From NCBI RefSeq assembly GCF_006345805.1, contig NC_043006.1, forward strand, positions 12,400,001 through 12,464,000: a stretch of DNA of 64,000 nt. The letters run 5' to 3'. This stretch comes from Octopus sinensis (lineage: Eukaryota). Under the pieces are notes generated by a model. The model was not told the DNA's origin. It made no database searches and saw nothing but the letters and a program-made list of their open reading frames with translations. Below, piece after piece: positions 13,795 to 27,718 of the stretch. The first letter of the stretch is position 1. Each line of letters begins with the position of its first letter. The position numbers and the translations under genes are program-made.

Positions 13795-14524
13795 GAAAAG
13801 GAAAGTCGACCATGGCCGCATCAGAATTTAGAACACAAAAATGGAAGAAACGCAGTTAAGCATTTCTCCGGCGTACTAACGCTCCTTGCGTGTATATTAA
13901 TACGCACGCACAAACACACACACACACAACACACACATACACACACACATATATACAACAAACAAACACACACATACACAAACACACACACATACACACA
14001 TATATAATGCTCACATATATATATGCAAATTTTTATTACATACCTGATATGAATTTTCTAATATATCTCTAATTCATATACTAATTGCCTCTCTCTCAAT
14101 TTCTTTACTTGATAGCTATTTTTCTCTGGAGGTAATCTCTCTTTAACACCGATTAGCAAGCCAAAACAATTTCTATAATGTCATTCCCATTTGGCAATTA
14201 TGCTTATCTTTTTCATTTCTTCATGTCACCAGTTCGTTTTATAGAAGCAATCCTGTCACAGCGCTAAATACAAAGGTTTGCTTTTTTTTTTCTTAACCTT
14301 TATTTTACTCCAGTGCACTGTATTTATGAGTTACGGCAATGTTGCAACAACAAACATTCCATCTTATGGTTAAATATGTATCCAACCAATTATCATCAGC
14401 CCTCTCCTATTACAAACTCTGCTATATTCGTCGTATGTCTAAATTCCTGAAACCTCTTTGACATATATATATATATAATATATACACACACATATGCTTA
14501 TAAATGTATACATATATGCATATA

Positions 14525-14563
<39 letters not shown>

Positions 14564-14911
14564 GCATATATATACATACATATATATATATACATACATA
14601 CATATATATACATACATATATTTATATATACATACATATATATATATCCATATAACATATATATATACATACATATATTATATATACATACATATATATA
14701 TATCCATATACATATATAATATATACATACATATATATATATATACCTATATATATATATATATAATATATATACATACATATATAAATATATACATACA
14801 TATATATATACATACATATATATATATGTATACATATATATATATATAATACGTATATATATAGATACATATATATAATATACATATATATATATATATA
14901 TAATATATATA

Positions 14912-14946
<35 letters not shown>

Positions 14947-15193
14947 GTGTTTTATGTGTGTGTGTGTATGTGTGTATGAATATATGTATAATATATATTT
15001 TAGATACACACACACACATATGATAAATTAAATAGAGAAATACAATTGGCAGTCTATCAATTTATTACATTATGATATAATATAATATAAATATAAGATA
15101 ATATAATGACTGCCGTTCCAGTGAATTGGATGTTTTACACCCCTTTGAAGTAATCATTTCTCCTTCGTTTGTTATATTATATACTATGATATA

Positions 15194-15587
15194 TCTATAT
15201 AAATATATATAACAGTAAGGTTGTGTGTCTGTCTACTTCGATTTAGATTCCGAACTACTCCCACATTTTGCGGTGAGGTTTAACCAAAACCGGGTATCTT
15301 ATAGTCGTGAGTCATATCGAGCCCTTCTGGGTATTAGCACGCGTCTACGATGAGTCTACGATTTTAAAAATAATTTACCATCATTTTTTCCATTTTAATG
15401 CATTTCTTCGCTAAGGGAAGTAACTCTCTAAAAATGTCTACGATGAGTCAACGATTTAAAAAAAAATTTACCATCATTTTTTCCATTTTTAATGCATTTT
15501 TTTGGCTTTTTTTTGGCTATAACTCTCTAAAAATGCTTTATAGTTATTTCCCTTACAAATCCGAGCAACGCCGGGCGATACTGCTAA
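15194..15587 (+). mobile_element. Non-autonomous Helitron, family H2, copy 1 (394 bp)
   Basis: A|TC start; ends CCGAGCAACGCCGGGCGATACTGCTAA|T; internal ~100-bp tandem duplication; homologous to 38590 and 42112. Confidence 0.8.
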
Positions 15588-16090
15588 TATATATATATAT
15601 ATATATAACAGTAAGAGCGTTAAGCCCCTTTCTATTATGGTGTGGTATAAATACTTCAGATTATATAAACTAAGTTTGCGACATACTTCAGATTCCGAAG
15701 AAAATGCACTGAAATCACCGTGGAGAAAATATTCTCCCTTATAACAGAAATTGTAAAACCACCATATCTGTTGAGAGTCCTCCCCTAGCCGACTCCCAGT
15801 CGCATTTATGGCTCATTTAGCCTTCCCCGGTAGGAGGTACCAAAAGATAGAGAACCCTCGGCATTTTCTAAACTTGTGGAGTAATCAATTATCTGAGGAT
15901 ATTCTATTTCAGTGACTGATTGCGCTGGCGGACAACCTAGTCAGAATAAATACAGTAGTAACAGCGATGAGCACTGATGAGGAATAAACGAGCTTCAGGT
16001 TCGTTGAAATATGTTTGTGGCATATATTGACTAATCCACAATTCGCTTATGTGTGTGTTAGAGCGTGTGTGTATGCGTGTGTATCTTGTT

Positions 16091-16133
<43 letters not shown>

Positions 16134-16137
16134 GTAT

Positions 16138-16189
<52 letters not shown>

Positions 16190-16194
<5 letters not shown>

Positions 16195-16414
16195 TTGCCA
16201 GAAGTCAGTAAATCAAAATTCCATAAATACGATCTGTAATTCTGTATTGACTCGAATAGATAAAATTACCGCTCAAGAAGCACTTCAGTTTGAACTACTT
16301 TTATGATGTTTCATATTTAGATACATTTATTAAGTTAATTCATTTGTTAAACATAAATAAATCTTGGAATAAATGGTTTTGATTTACTGCCAGGTGCGTT
16401 CTTTGGCCAATCCA

Positions 16415-16415
<1 letters not shown>
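16190..16415. mobile_element. Putative Tc1/mariner-type MITE
   Basis: Flanked by (TA)n. Perfect inverted CAGTAAATCAAAA (16206-16218) / TTTTGATTTACTG (16377-16389) inside looser terminal similarity. Confidence 0.45.
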
Positions 16416-16459
<44 letters not shown>

Positions 16460-17449
16460 AATGGAGTTAAACGCAGGTTTTATTCAAATTCTTTTACTTC
16501 CGACAAATGTTTCGAAAACAACATTGGTATTATTCCAGAAGGAATAAAATGGTGTAAAACAATGCAATATTCTCTTCAGTGAAAGAAAGAAACCAAACAC
16601 ATCAATAAGACATTTTAACAGAATGTGATGACTGTGTATATGATGAAGAGAAAGCTATCAACTTTTTATTTAAAAAAACCTTTAGTAGATATAACCTCAA
16701 AGGTAGTTTATAGAAAGACAAGAAGGAGAAAGAAAGAAATTAGCAGTAAACTAATAGTGGAGAGATATAGAGCGATAGGTGAATTAGAATAAAGCTTCAA
16801 GAATAGAAATAGATATATATAGTGGAAGTGCAATGTAAGAAGACAGTCAAAGGTCGGATTTCAAGAATGGTAGAAAGTAAAAGAGTTTGAATAACACCTG
16901 CGTTTAACTCCATTTAATTATTTATCTATATTATACAAAACATTTCACCTAAACCTAGATTTTTTTACCTGTATAAATAGGCTGTTACATCCTTGATATT
17001 TGTGTGAACTTTTGCTACCCTGGTAACTGTTTACTTATTTTGTTCCGTTTTTGGAAAAAATTCACACATACATTTATATATATATATATAAATATATAAA
17101 TATATATATATATAATATTTATTTTTTTTTTTTTTTTACGGTAGATTTTGAAAATTTAGAGTATATATTCCCGAGGCATCGATGAGGCTGCCTCGTGGAA
17201 TATTTATTCCTCCTGGCCTCCTTGCCGATGAGACGAGCCAGTGGTAGATTGACTTGATTAAATTTAATTTAATTTAATTAGGCTGGTTTGCCAAAAAGTA
17301 CGTCGAAACAATGCATTGTCCAAGGATGATTAGGGTAAATGTTTTTGATTTTCCTTTGATTTCTGAATTACTACTATTTAGCGGTTTGAGTTTGGTTTCT
17401 CTTTCTGGTGAGTCGAATGGCCTATCAGGGCCATTCCTTAATATTGTTG

Positions 17450-17516
<67 letters not shown>

Positions 17517-17519
<3 letters not shown>

Positions 17520-18252
17520 GATGCCACATAAATATATTATTCTGTTTATTTCCTTCACATGTTACGTAAAGTAATTTGAAAAATGATTTTTATCCTAGCA
17601 TTTTATACTCTGCTTATTTCTTTTTGTTTTGTTTTTGTTTTGGAGGTGAGCTCTATTCTTCTCTTAAAAAGTTTCTTTATCATTTTTCAAGTTTGTTGAA
17701 ATTTTACTTCTTTTCAGATATACAACGATGGCGTGACGAGTAGAAAAAATGTGAGCCTTTTAGATACGTACTTTTCTTCGCTTACAGTCAAACTTCCATA
17801 ACGGGCAGAGAGCCGCTCGAAACTTTTGTGCTCTGCATGGAGGAAGTGCTATCACTGACAGATATACACAGAAATGGTTTTCACGCTCCAAGGAAAGGAA
17901 ATCGACCTCAGCATTCTTGTAGACTTGTTGAGTTAAATGTAGAACGATTGAACTTCATCATTCACAAAAGTGCAATTCAAGAACACAGTTGGTAAGTTTT
18001 ACTGCATCCACTATTTTCTCACCATTTTCAATTGCTCTCTAATAGTCTGCGTGGCAGAGCTAAAAACTTCGTTCGATCTATACTTCCAGTCAAAATCCGA
18101 TGATTTTTACCGTCATGACATTGACAAGCTAGTTGAGCATTGACAAGAAGTCATGAACAATGAAGGATAATATATTATTGCGTGATTTGTTAAAAAATAA
18201 TAATTCAAAATAAATGATAAAATAATGAAATAATTTATCTAACAACCCAATA
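17517..18252 (+). mobile_element. Highly degenerate, internally deleted mariner
   Basis: Remnants FRYVL, AARNF, QKWFSR and SKSDDFYRHDIDKLVEH; right TIR ...AACAACCCAATA. Left boundary uncertain. Confidence 0.65.
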
Positions 18253-19447
18253 CGTATGTACCTGTGTATGTATATTTATAGATATACAGATTATTCAATA
18301 TGAATTGATAGATAAATAGATAGATTATACACACACACATGTGTCTGTGTGGTTTTGTGTGTAAGAAGGGAAAACATTTACAAATTTCTGTACCAAGTGT
18401 TTCGTTTCCAAACTATGCACCATTTTGATCTATAGAAGCAAAAATAACTAACATGTAGCCAAAGAATTTGAATATTATAACAGGTTTTGATTGCGTGCTG
18501 ATTAAAAAAATAGGATATTCTTCATTAACTTAGAGCAACCAGTATTTCCAAAACCAAGTATTTCCAAAACCAATAGTTTAGCAAGTGGTATTAATACAGA
18601 AATTCAATGTACATGAAGAAATAACCTAAAAGAAGTATAAATGAATAACGCCATTAGGAAAGGGTTTAGAAGTTGCGTGTATGGAATATAACTGCATGAA
18701 TAAAGATAAAAATTATGAATATATGTTGATGAATGTCTATACAAAATATTTAATCAGATTTACGCGAAATGTGCAAAAGGAATAATAATGAGTTTAAAAA
18801 GAAGGGATTTATTAAAAAGAGCAATATTTCCGCAAAGTACCGACAGATAACAAAGCTGAGTTCGTGATCTCAGTTTATGAAAAAAACTTCAAGTGGATTC
18901 CGTCTTATCCTCCGGTGAATTGATAATAAATGTCTTGTTTACATTTTCGAAAACAGTTCAGACTGGAACATGAACATTTAGGCAAAAAATCAGCAAAGCT
19001 AAAAAAGTGCTTGCTATGCTCGAAACTTTTGGTGGTCTTGAAGTCAACTTCTAAACTTTACAGATTCCTAAATGTACGCGCTTGAAACGTAGATGCGTGT
19101 GTATTTACACATATAACCGTCACATACAAGTAATCATGAGAATGTAGGTTGTACAATATTTTTGCAAAATCTTGTACGTTTTTATTTAATCTGGAGCAAA
19201 CACAGATTTCTAATAAATCTAACCCAGCCGCAAGACATGCGCAGCTGGTATAAGAAAAGGCTGCACTAGCTCTTCATTGAATAAATTCGAAACATATGGA
19301 GCGAAATTCCTTGGTCAAAAGTATATCAAAGCTAAGATATTTTTTTCATGCGCGAAATAAGCTTAGCTAAAGGCCACACTTCTGACTGTAAGTGTGTCAT
19401 ATAAGAAGCCCGTCCTATATATATATATATATATACATATATACATA

Positions 19448-19669
19448 GGGAGAGTTTACGAAAAAACAAAACAAAAGACGAAGACAGGTGGCGTAGAAAA
19501 CAAACAGATGTATTAGTATAACGCTCAGAAATAGAAAAAGTATTTTACGTTTCGAGCCAACGCTCTTGTACAGAAAGAGACACAGAAAAAAAACAAGGAG
19601 AGAAACAAGTAGAGGAAAAAAAGGAGAGAAAAAAACGTGTGTAGTGGCTAACGATCTATCATGGCGACC
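19448..19669 (-). mobile_element. Hammerhead-bearing element, copy 4, apparently full-length between two (TA)n tracts
   Basis: Minus strand runs GGTCGCCATGATAGATCGTTAGCC...CTGTACA-A-GAGCGTTGGCTC-GAAACGTA...GTAAACTCTCCC, with (TA)n on both sides. Confidence 0.75.
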
Positions 19670-19727
<58 letters not shown>

Positions 19728-19746
19728 CATATATATATATATATCT

Positions 19747-20278
19747 ATTCGAGCAAAACGCGCCCCCGTCCAATGGACGATGCTGAGTTGTCAAACATTT
19801 AAACCAAATTTTCTCAAAACTACTTGTCCGATCGTCCCATAACCACCCCTTTGAGAAACATTGATTTAACCTAAATTTGAAACACGAGCAAAATAAAGAA
19901 ATAAAAATAGACTTCTTTTCTATTCCAAAGAAAAACGATTTTATTCACACAAATATGCAACCGAAGAGTTTAAAGTTGACTGGGAGAACATAAACAAGGT
20001 TTAAACAGTAAGCTTGGTAGGAAAGAAACGTGCCTTTAAGCAGTACAAAAGCAACAAACAATAGAAGGTGCAGTAATGTACAGGTTGACAGAAGAAAAGC
20101 AGGACAAAAACGGCTCTATTAATCACATTCTCACCTGGAATCGATTTTTTCAAGACTTATACACGCCCTGATACCGTCGGTATCTACATATCAAATTTGA
20201 GCGCAATCGGATGGAGGATGCCCGAGATCCTTGAAGACACTCACGCAGACAGACAGAACGGATTTTATGTAAAATATG
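19747..20278 (-). mobile_element. Possible Helitron/Helentron-type non-autonomous element
   Basis: One end has an ACAG microsatellite and a CAAATTTGAGCGCAATCGG motif; the other has a CGTCC-AAT-GGACG hairpin. No clean CTAG end. Confidence 0.4.
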
Positions 20279-20477
20279 TATGTATGAATTTATGTATATG
20301 TGTGTGTGTACATGTATATACGGTAAGGGAAAGAGAAGACAAAGGGAGCTATTGATAATTGTGACGTATCTCTTGGAATGATTTAGAAAATTGTATTTGT
20401 TTATGTTATTTGATTAAATATCATTGGCTAGACAGATCATTTTTGAGCACTACATCTATATATGTTTATATATATAT

Positions 20478-20511
<34 letters not shown>

Positions 20512-20587
20512 ATTATATACAGGCTTCTATATACACACACATATATATGTACGTAACTACATATATATACATGTGTGTGCGTGTGCA

Positions 20588-20625
<38 letters not shown>

Positions 20626-21152
20626 CGAATAGTTATATACGTGTGAGTGTGAGTGTGTGTGCGTGCGTTTGTGTGTGCCGCTATATTATAATCAAACGAA
20701 GTTATTAATAAGAATATCCAGTTATCGAAAACATAGTGGAATCGCTTAATGACTTGTGTAAAGATAATAAAGATAACAGTAAATAAATCAAAATGTTAAC
20801 TGGAATTACATACGAAAATATAATTACATCGCCAGAAATAAATGAAAGGAAAAAAGCAAAATAAATAAATATTAACATCATTCGTTTGTATCAATTGCGA
20901 AATAAATATCTCAGCAAATATCATTTACTCGCAGAATGGAAAATATATTACACTATATCTATACACACGTGTGATTGTGTGTGTGTGTGTGTGTGTGTGT
21001 GTTTATATGTGTGTGTGTGTATCAGAGTGTATGTATGTTTTTTGTGCATGTGTGTATGGGTGTTATAACAGTAAAATAAATAATGTTATGAATTTCAATG
21101 TCACAAAATATATCGTAACACACCACACACACACACACACACACACACACAC

Positions 21153-21197
<45 letters not shown>

Positions 21198-21339
21198 TAG
21201 AAATATGTTACAAAAAGAAAATAGAAAATGTAAACGTGGAAATGTAAGGGCAAAGTAAGAAGAAAAAAGCGAAAATGCACATTGGAAATCAAAAAAAGTA
21301 AGGCTTTTTATGAAAATTAACGATAGCTATATACAATTA

Positions 21340-22080
21340 GATGAACAGAGGTAGGAATAAAAGTAATAAAAGTCATCCTTGTGAATTGTTAAAGAGATTC
21401 AAAGGCATACCGGTTTCGTGAATTACTGTTCACTGCCTTTGAATGCTCACCGATTACCAAACGGTGTCGGGTCTACTAGTCCCTGAGTAAAAAGATTATG
21501 TGTAAAGGAGGTAAGTAGTTCTGGATTTGGTGCAATTAGGGTAGATATAATGCTGTAATGTGAATGGTTTATGGGATGTATGGGGGTTAGTGGTATTAAT
21601 TGAGGGGTTATTATGTTCTTATGTTATCTGTTCATATTGAGTTGTGGAAGATATTTATTGATGAAAGTTGCCTCTTTATTCATTCTTTGTTGTGCTGAGG
21701 TATTCTGTGAACATTGATAAAAGGGAAAGTTAGGAAATTAGGATTAAGATTCCTAGCACACCTTTCTATGTATTCACTGACCAGCATGTGTCTGTATTGT
21801 GGGTGGCGGATTTGTTCTATGTGGAGAGTGGTTCTTCGACGGAGTGATATTCCTGATTGACCAATATACTGCAGGTAATGGCATAGATTAGGTTTTCCGA
21901 GGCACGGGGAAATTTAATCTAATCTTAAATATTTCACATTGTTTAAAGTGGAACTCTGAACCCTCCAAAAGCTGGGGGCATGTGCCACAGTTAGTTCGAC
22001 CACATATTTTCACTTTTTGTTCCGTTTTTAATGGATATAGTCTTGCGTCTGCGGTGGTTAATATTTTTTCAATGATTTCG
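21340..22080 (-). mobile_element. Penelope-like retroelement, 3' fragment
   Basis: GIY-YIG remnant followed by a 3' UTR containing a hammerhead-like scaffold at 21397-21444. Confidence 0.85.
21624..22080 (-). pseudogene. Penelope GIY-YIG endonuclease domain, frameshifted
   Basis: KICGRTNCGTCPQL ... NLIYAITC / YIGQSGISLRRRTTLHIEQIRH ... NKEATFINKYLPQLN. Confidence 0.85.
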
Positions 22081-22213
22081 GATGCATTTTGCTTTTATAT
22101 GCTGAAGAGTGTAGGTTCGAAACGTAAAATACTTTTTCATCTTCTCGAGCGTTAAACTAATACACCTGCGTGTTGTTTATACACCTTTCTTCCTTTTATC
22201 TGTAAATTTCAAC
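22081..22213 (+). mobile_element. Hammerhead-bearing element, copy 5 (degraded, 5'-truncated)
   Basis: GCTGAAGAGTGTAGGTTCGAAACGTAAAAT plus matching downstream body; ends at (TA)n. Confidence 0.65.
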
Positions 22214-22320
22214 TATATATATCTATATATATATAGATATATACATATGCATATATATGTAAATATATATCTATGTATATATATATGTATATGCATATAT
22301 ATATATATATGTATATTTAT

Positions 22321-22490
22321 AGAAAAAAGAGGAAGACAGGTGTATAAACAAGAAACAGGTGTAATAGTTTAACGCTCGGGATAGTGAAAAAATCTTCTAC
22401 GTTTCCAACCTACGCTCTTCAACAGGAAAGAACTAAATAGAGAGAGAGAAAATTAAAAAAGCTCTTGGAGCTAGCGGTCAATTATGGCGG
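22321..22490 (-). mobile_element. Hammerhead-bearing element, copy 6, tail-to-tail with copy 5
   Basis: Minus strand CTGTTGA-A-GAGCGTAGGTTG-GAAACGTA at 22394-22430. Confidence 0.65.
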
Positions 22491-22823
22491 CTGGCTGGAC
22501 AGAGGTAGTTAGACAGGAGAGCAAGAAAGAAGGGGAGATAAAGTATTGTTGATCCATTATTGGTGATCCACTATTCCCAACACATGTATTCTACTCACAA
22601 ACACATAGATAGTAAGATGAATACATACATGCATAATAGATACATACATGCATTTATGCATACATGCATGCATACATACATACATGCATACATACATACA
22701 TACATACATACATACATACATACATACATACAGACATACATACATACATATATATATGCAGCAGATATGGTTTCTATAAATCATGAACCACTCCTAGATA
22801 TCATTGAATATAATCTTATTCAA

Positions 22824-23011
22824 AGGTGGCGAGCTGGCAGCATTCTTAAGACGCCGGGCGAAGTACTGAACGACTTTACGTTCTGAGTTCAAAATCCGCC
22901 AAGGTCGACTTTCAGGATTCAGTAAATAAATACCAGTCGAGCACTGGGGTCGATGTAATTGACTTGCAATTCCACCGAAATTGCTGGTTTTGCGGCAAAA
23001 TTGAAATCAAT
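22824..23011 (+). mobile_element. SINE-A (A2 tail), diverged
   Basis: GGTGGCGAGCTGGCAG head, GAGTTCAAAATCC B-box and body. Confidence 0.75.
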
Positions 23012-23699
23012 GTAATCTTATTCTTCTTTGTTATTAAATACTTGTCAATACCCACTCTGACTTTTCTTGTCCGTTTTATGACTTACGCTGTGAACATTAT
23101 TTGAAGTAGGAGTTTCGGTGACTGTTCAAAGAATTATTGAATTAATTTTTGAATGCTTCTCTTTTAGCGTGACCCAGACGTGTGACCCAATAATGTGTAG
23201 TTTAATGATCCGAGATGACAGTAAACGTTATCAGTAGCTTTTTTTCATTTCTTCATATACAGCACAGTGAACTCTCAACCCAGTCTTCTTCCTGATAAGC
23301 AGTCTTAGAAGGGCCAGGAAAAACTCCTTTTTAGTAATGTCATCTACTTTTTTCGGTTGTGCGTTTAGGGTGAGCTTCATCGGTGAATATAGTACGTTCT
23401 ATAAATTTCTATAGATATTCTATCGAAAGGAGAAGTTTGCATTGTTTTCTCGGGTCCCACGACTCAAATACTAGTGCTGTAATTTAGAACATCACTTGGA
23501 TTTTCTTTTATTCTTTACAGATTGGTAAAAACCAATAACATGGTGGTTACAGAGATTTTTCCCAATGGGGTTTGGGAGATATAAATAACAATATAAGGAA
23601 TAATGCTGGGTGTATATATATATGTATATATAAATATATATATTATATTTTATATATATATATGTATTATATTTATATTATATTATATATATATATATA

Positions 23700-23717
23700 A
23701 TATATACATGTATGTAT

Positions 23718-23753
<36 letters not shown>

Positions 23754-23830
23754 AATATATGTATTATATTTTATATATATATATTAAAATATATATTATA
23801 TTTATATTATATATATATACATATAAAATA

Positions 23831-23900
<70 letters not shown>

Positions 23901-23910
23901 AAATACATCA

Positions 23911-23977
<67 letters not shown>

Positions 23978-24201
23978 ATATATATATATATATATACATG
24001 TATGTATTGTGTGTATATGTGTATATATTTATATATATATATATATAAATATATGTATTATATTTTATATATATATATATAAATATATATATTATATTAT
24101 ATTATATATATATACATATAAAATACATCATATATATATATATATATATATATATTAATATTTATATTATATATATATACATATACATATAAAATACATC
24201 A

Positions 24202-24290
<89 letters not shown>
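23700..24290. repeat. Two-copy ~290-bp tandem duplication of a compound TA microsatellite
   Basis: CATGTATGTATTGTGTG recurs at 23707 and 23997, followed by the same order of interruptions. Confidence 0.75.
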
Positions 24291-25019
24291 TATACTCTTA
24301 TATGCATGTGTATGTGTGTTTTTGTGTGTACGCGCGTGAACTATTTATTTCTGATAGATATTTCACCGCTGTCAGCAAATTTATTTTAATCAAGTATTGC
24401 CGACGACGTAGCGTCTATGCGGTGTGTATAACTTCCAGGCGTAACAAGTAAATATCCACCGTAACACAGAAAACATACATAATGAAAGGATGTGGAGATA
24501 CCTCGAACTATATGATACTCGCTGAATAAAAAGGAAGGATGGTCACGTCTGGAAAAAATCTTTCATCATAGTCCGGTTCATTTAGAGCAGACGTGGATCT
24601 ATAGATTTATCTAGCAACAAATACTAGTGCTAAGTTAGAAACTACTAACGAAAATATGTAACTTGGTATTAGCAGTATAATATAGCTCTAGGCTCTCTTG
24701 AGTCTGTGTCAATGATTAATTTTATTGGTTATTCAAATTATTCATAAGTCCTAGAAACGACAGCCAATTAATTGCCATACAAGTGTTTGGTCTTTGGTGG
24801 AGTGTGTATTAGCTTAACAAGGTTAAGAGTTATCATGGCGTTCACAGGGAAAAAAGACAGGCGTTTCAAATCAACATATAATTTGCCTTTTGCATATCTT
24901 GTTATTATACAGCTTCAATTAGAACAGAAGCGCCCCCCCCAACCATATTAACTACAAAGTATCTAATCACCGCATGTGTGTGTGTGCGCGCGCTTGCATG
25001 AGAATGTGTGTGTATACAT

Positions 25020-25063
<44 letters not shown>

Positions 25064-25195
25064 ATATGTGTACATGGTGTATATATATATGTAATGTACG
25101 TATATTTTGATGTGTGTGTGTGGAGTATATATATATATATATATATGTATATACATGGTGTATATATATGTTTGTAAATTATTTATATATAGATG

Positions 25196-25279
<84 letters not shown>

Positions 25280-25781
25280 AATACACACACACGCACACAT
25301 ATATATATGGTTAAGAGTGAAGGATTCATCATTCTACTGAACTGCATCGGAGCTACAATCAAGGTGGACATATTAATTACGCGCGCGCGCACACACGCAT
25401 ACACACATATACACGTGCGCAGGGATGAGTGGATGGAGGGATGAATGGATGAATGGTTAGATGGATGACTGTGTGGAATATGTACGAGTGTTGAAGATAG
25501 GTATGATGAAAATGCGATGCATAGAAAAAGCGTATGAATAGTCAAAATCCGATGGAGTCTGAAATAAACCATTTTAAAGAAAATGCAGAAGATGGAGTCT
25601 AAATTGAAAATAAAATGGCCATTATAACAGATAGTAAACTATAATCAGTTCGTATATATTTTGGGAGAATAAACCACCCAGGATACCATGATATATTAGA
25701 TTTTGTATATGAAATCTTGCGAAAGATACAAAACACTTAATAAAGTAAGTTTTATTCGGAGTATCAGGAAGCTGATAAATA

Positions 25782-26347
25782 TTGGGTTGTCCGGGAAGTT
25801 CGAGCCTATTTTTAAAGGAAAGAAAATGGCCAATAAATACTTGTCATTACATTTTTAATCAACCAAATATGAACCATTTTATTGCACAATGCGTCTCCAT
25901 CTTTCCTTTACCTTGAAAATACCCTCTTCCCGGAATTGAGGTGATTTCATGGCGAAGAATTCGTCAAGGTATCTTTTAATGTCATCAAAGGAATTGAAAT
26001 TTTTACCATTAAGACTATTCTGCAGAGACCTGAATAAGTGGAAATCCGAAGGAGCAATATCTGGTGAATATGGAGGGTGGGGTAACTCATCCCAGCCGAG
26101 CTGCAGCAATTTTTGTCTGGTTCCCAAAGCATCAATTGCCGAAAATGAACTCTCTTATCTTCCATTTTAAAGGGTTACAGAATTAACACAGGTTATAGGA
26201 ACATAAACCTTCTCCCACGAATAGATAGCTTAAACTGTACTCTAAATGGAGGTGTAGTCAAATCCTATTTTATGAACTCAACCATCTTCTAAAATAAGTC
26301 GAAAGTTTAGCTACTATAAATCGGCATGAACTTTCCGGATAACCCAA
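25782..26347 (-). mobile_element. Internally deleted mariner (566 bp) with both TIRs and TA TSD
   Basis: TA|TTGGGTTGTCCGGGAAGTTC ... GAACTTTCCGGATAACCCAA|TA. N-terminal MEDKRVHFRQLMLWE is joined out of frame to GTRQKLLQLGWDELPHPPYSPDIAPSDFHLF. Confidence 0.9.
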
Positions 26348-27225
26348 TATTTTGTGTTGTCTTAATGAACACACCTCACTTCATAAAAGAATAAATCCGT
26401 AAACTCCATACAAACTGTTAACTTTTCCGTAGGAAAAGAGCAACGAATGCATGATTTAACACAGTGTGTTAATGTTACACAAGTGCCGCATAAGGTCAGA
26501 CGGTGTCACGAAATCACTTTGACGGTCGAACTCATTTATTAATAAATAAATTGGTCGATATTTGCTTTTTAGGTACATGGAACTTCAGGATGGCTAACGA
26601 AACCAAAATAATCCGGGAATATTTTTTAAAATAAGCTTGGGAGCTCCGGTTGAGTAAAGCGAGTACGTATATGTGTTAAATGCCATTAAATGCCATAAAA
26701 TGCCATTATTACAGATTTCGATCATTAATTGCTGAAAAGTCTAATTTTTTTAACGTTATTTCGTTAGCATCGTAAAACCAGAAACAATTCCAATAAAAAA
26801 TATATATTTCAAAGATATTGCAAAGTGAAAACTCATAAATAACAAACTGGAGTTTTGATAAATAAATAGATCATATAAGTGGTAATAAAACAGTAAGGAA
26901 ACTGCCTCATTTGCCCGTGTTTCATAATTAAAATAACATTCCCAAAGCTATATCGGTTTCAGTATATAATTTTACATTAAGAAGCTTGTTTAGACAGGGA
27001 TCTCCGTCGGTCAATGTCGACTCTACAATTGTGCATGCAGTGTCATGTATGTGCAACCTAGGCAAGATGTTTGTTTTCTAGGACGTCAGGTAGTTGCCCA
27101 TACATGCAAGTTTTCCCTCTCTATGCTACTAATGCTTATCAAAATGAAGGCCGTGAAATTAATCTAATACAACTTGGTGCTAGTGTCTTCGCACGTATTA
27201 TTATCAAAACCCAAAGAACTGTTTA

Positions 27226-27607
27226 GGAAGCACTCCGTCGGTTACGACGATGAGGGTTCCGGTTGATCCGAATCAACGGAACAGCCTGCTCGTGAAATTA
27301 ACGTGTAAGTGGCTGAGCACTCCACAGACACGTGTACCCTTAACGTAGTTCTCGGGGATATTCAGCGTGACACAGAGAGTGACAAGGCCGGCCCTTTGAA
27401 ATACAGGTACAACAGAAACAGGAAGTAAGAGTGAGAGAAAGTTGTGGTGGAAGAGTACAGCAGGGATCACCACCATCCCCTGTCGGAGCCTCGTGGAGCT
27501 TTTTGGTGTTTTCGCTCAATAAACACTCACAACGCCTGGGAATCAAAACCGCGATCCTATGACCGCGAGTCCGCTGCCCTAACCACTGGGTCATTGCGCC
27601 TCCACTT
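27226..27607 (-). mobile_element. SINE-C (tRNA-Arg-like head), full length
   Basis: GGAGGCGCAATGACCCAGTGGTTAGGG...GGACTCGCGGTC head; near-identical to 42704 and 63124; degenerate TSD aaagaRctRtt. Confidence 0.85.
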
Positions 27608-27718
27608 AAAGAGCTATTATAAATATCAGAAAGAAACAATCCCGAACCTTATATAGTTCTACTCATGGTCTTATTATTCTACCAATGCACCAAGTTTGAA
27701 AAATGAATAAATAAAAAA

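Noticed and set aside
15970-16012. CTGATGA motif suggesting another hammerhead
   Set aside because: No properly placed stem II plus GAAA, and no stem I or III pairing.
17168-17200. GC-rich hairpin CGAGGCA...TGCCTCG with a GATGAG core-like word
   Set aside because: Both catalytic boxes are non-canonical; it is only a short stem.
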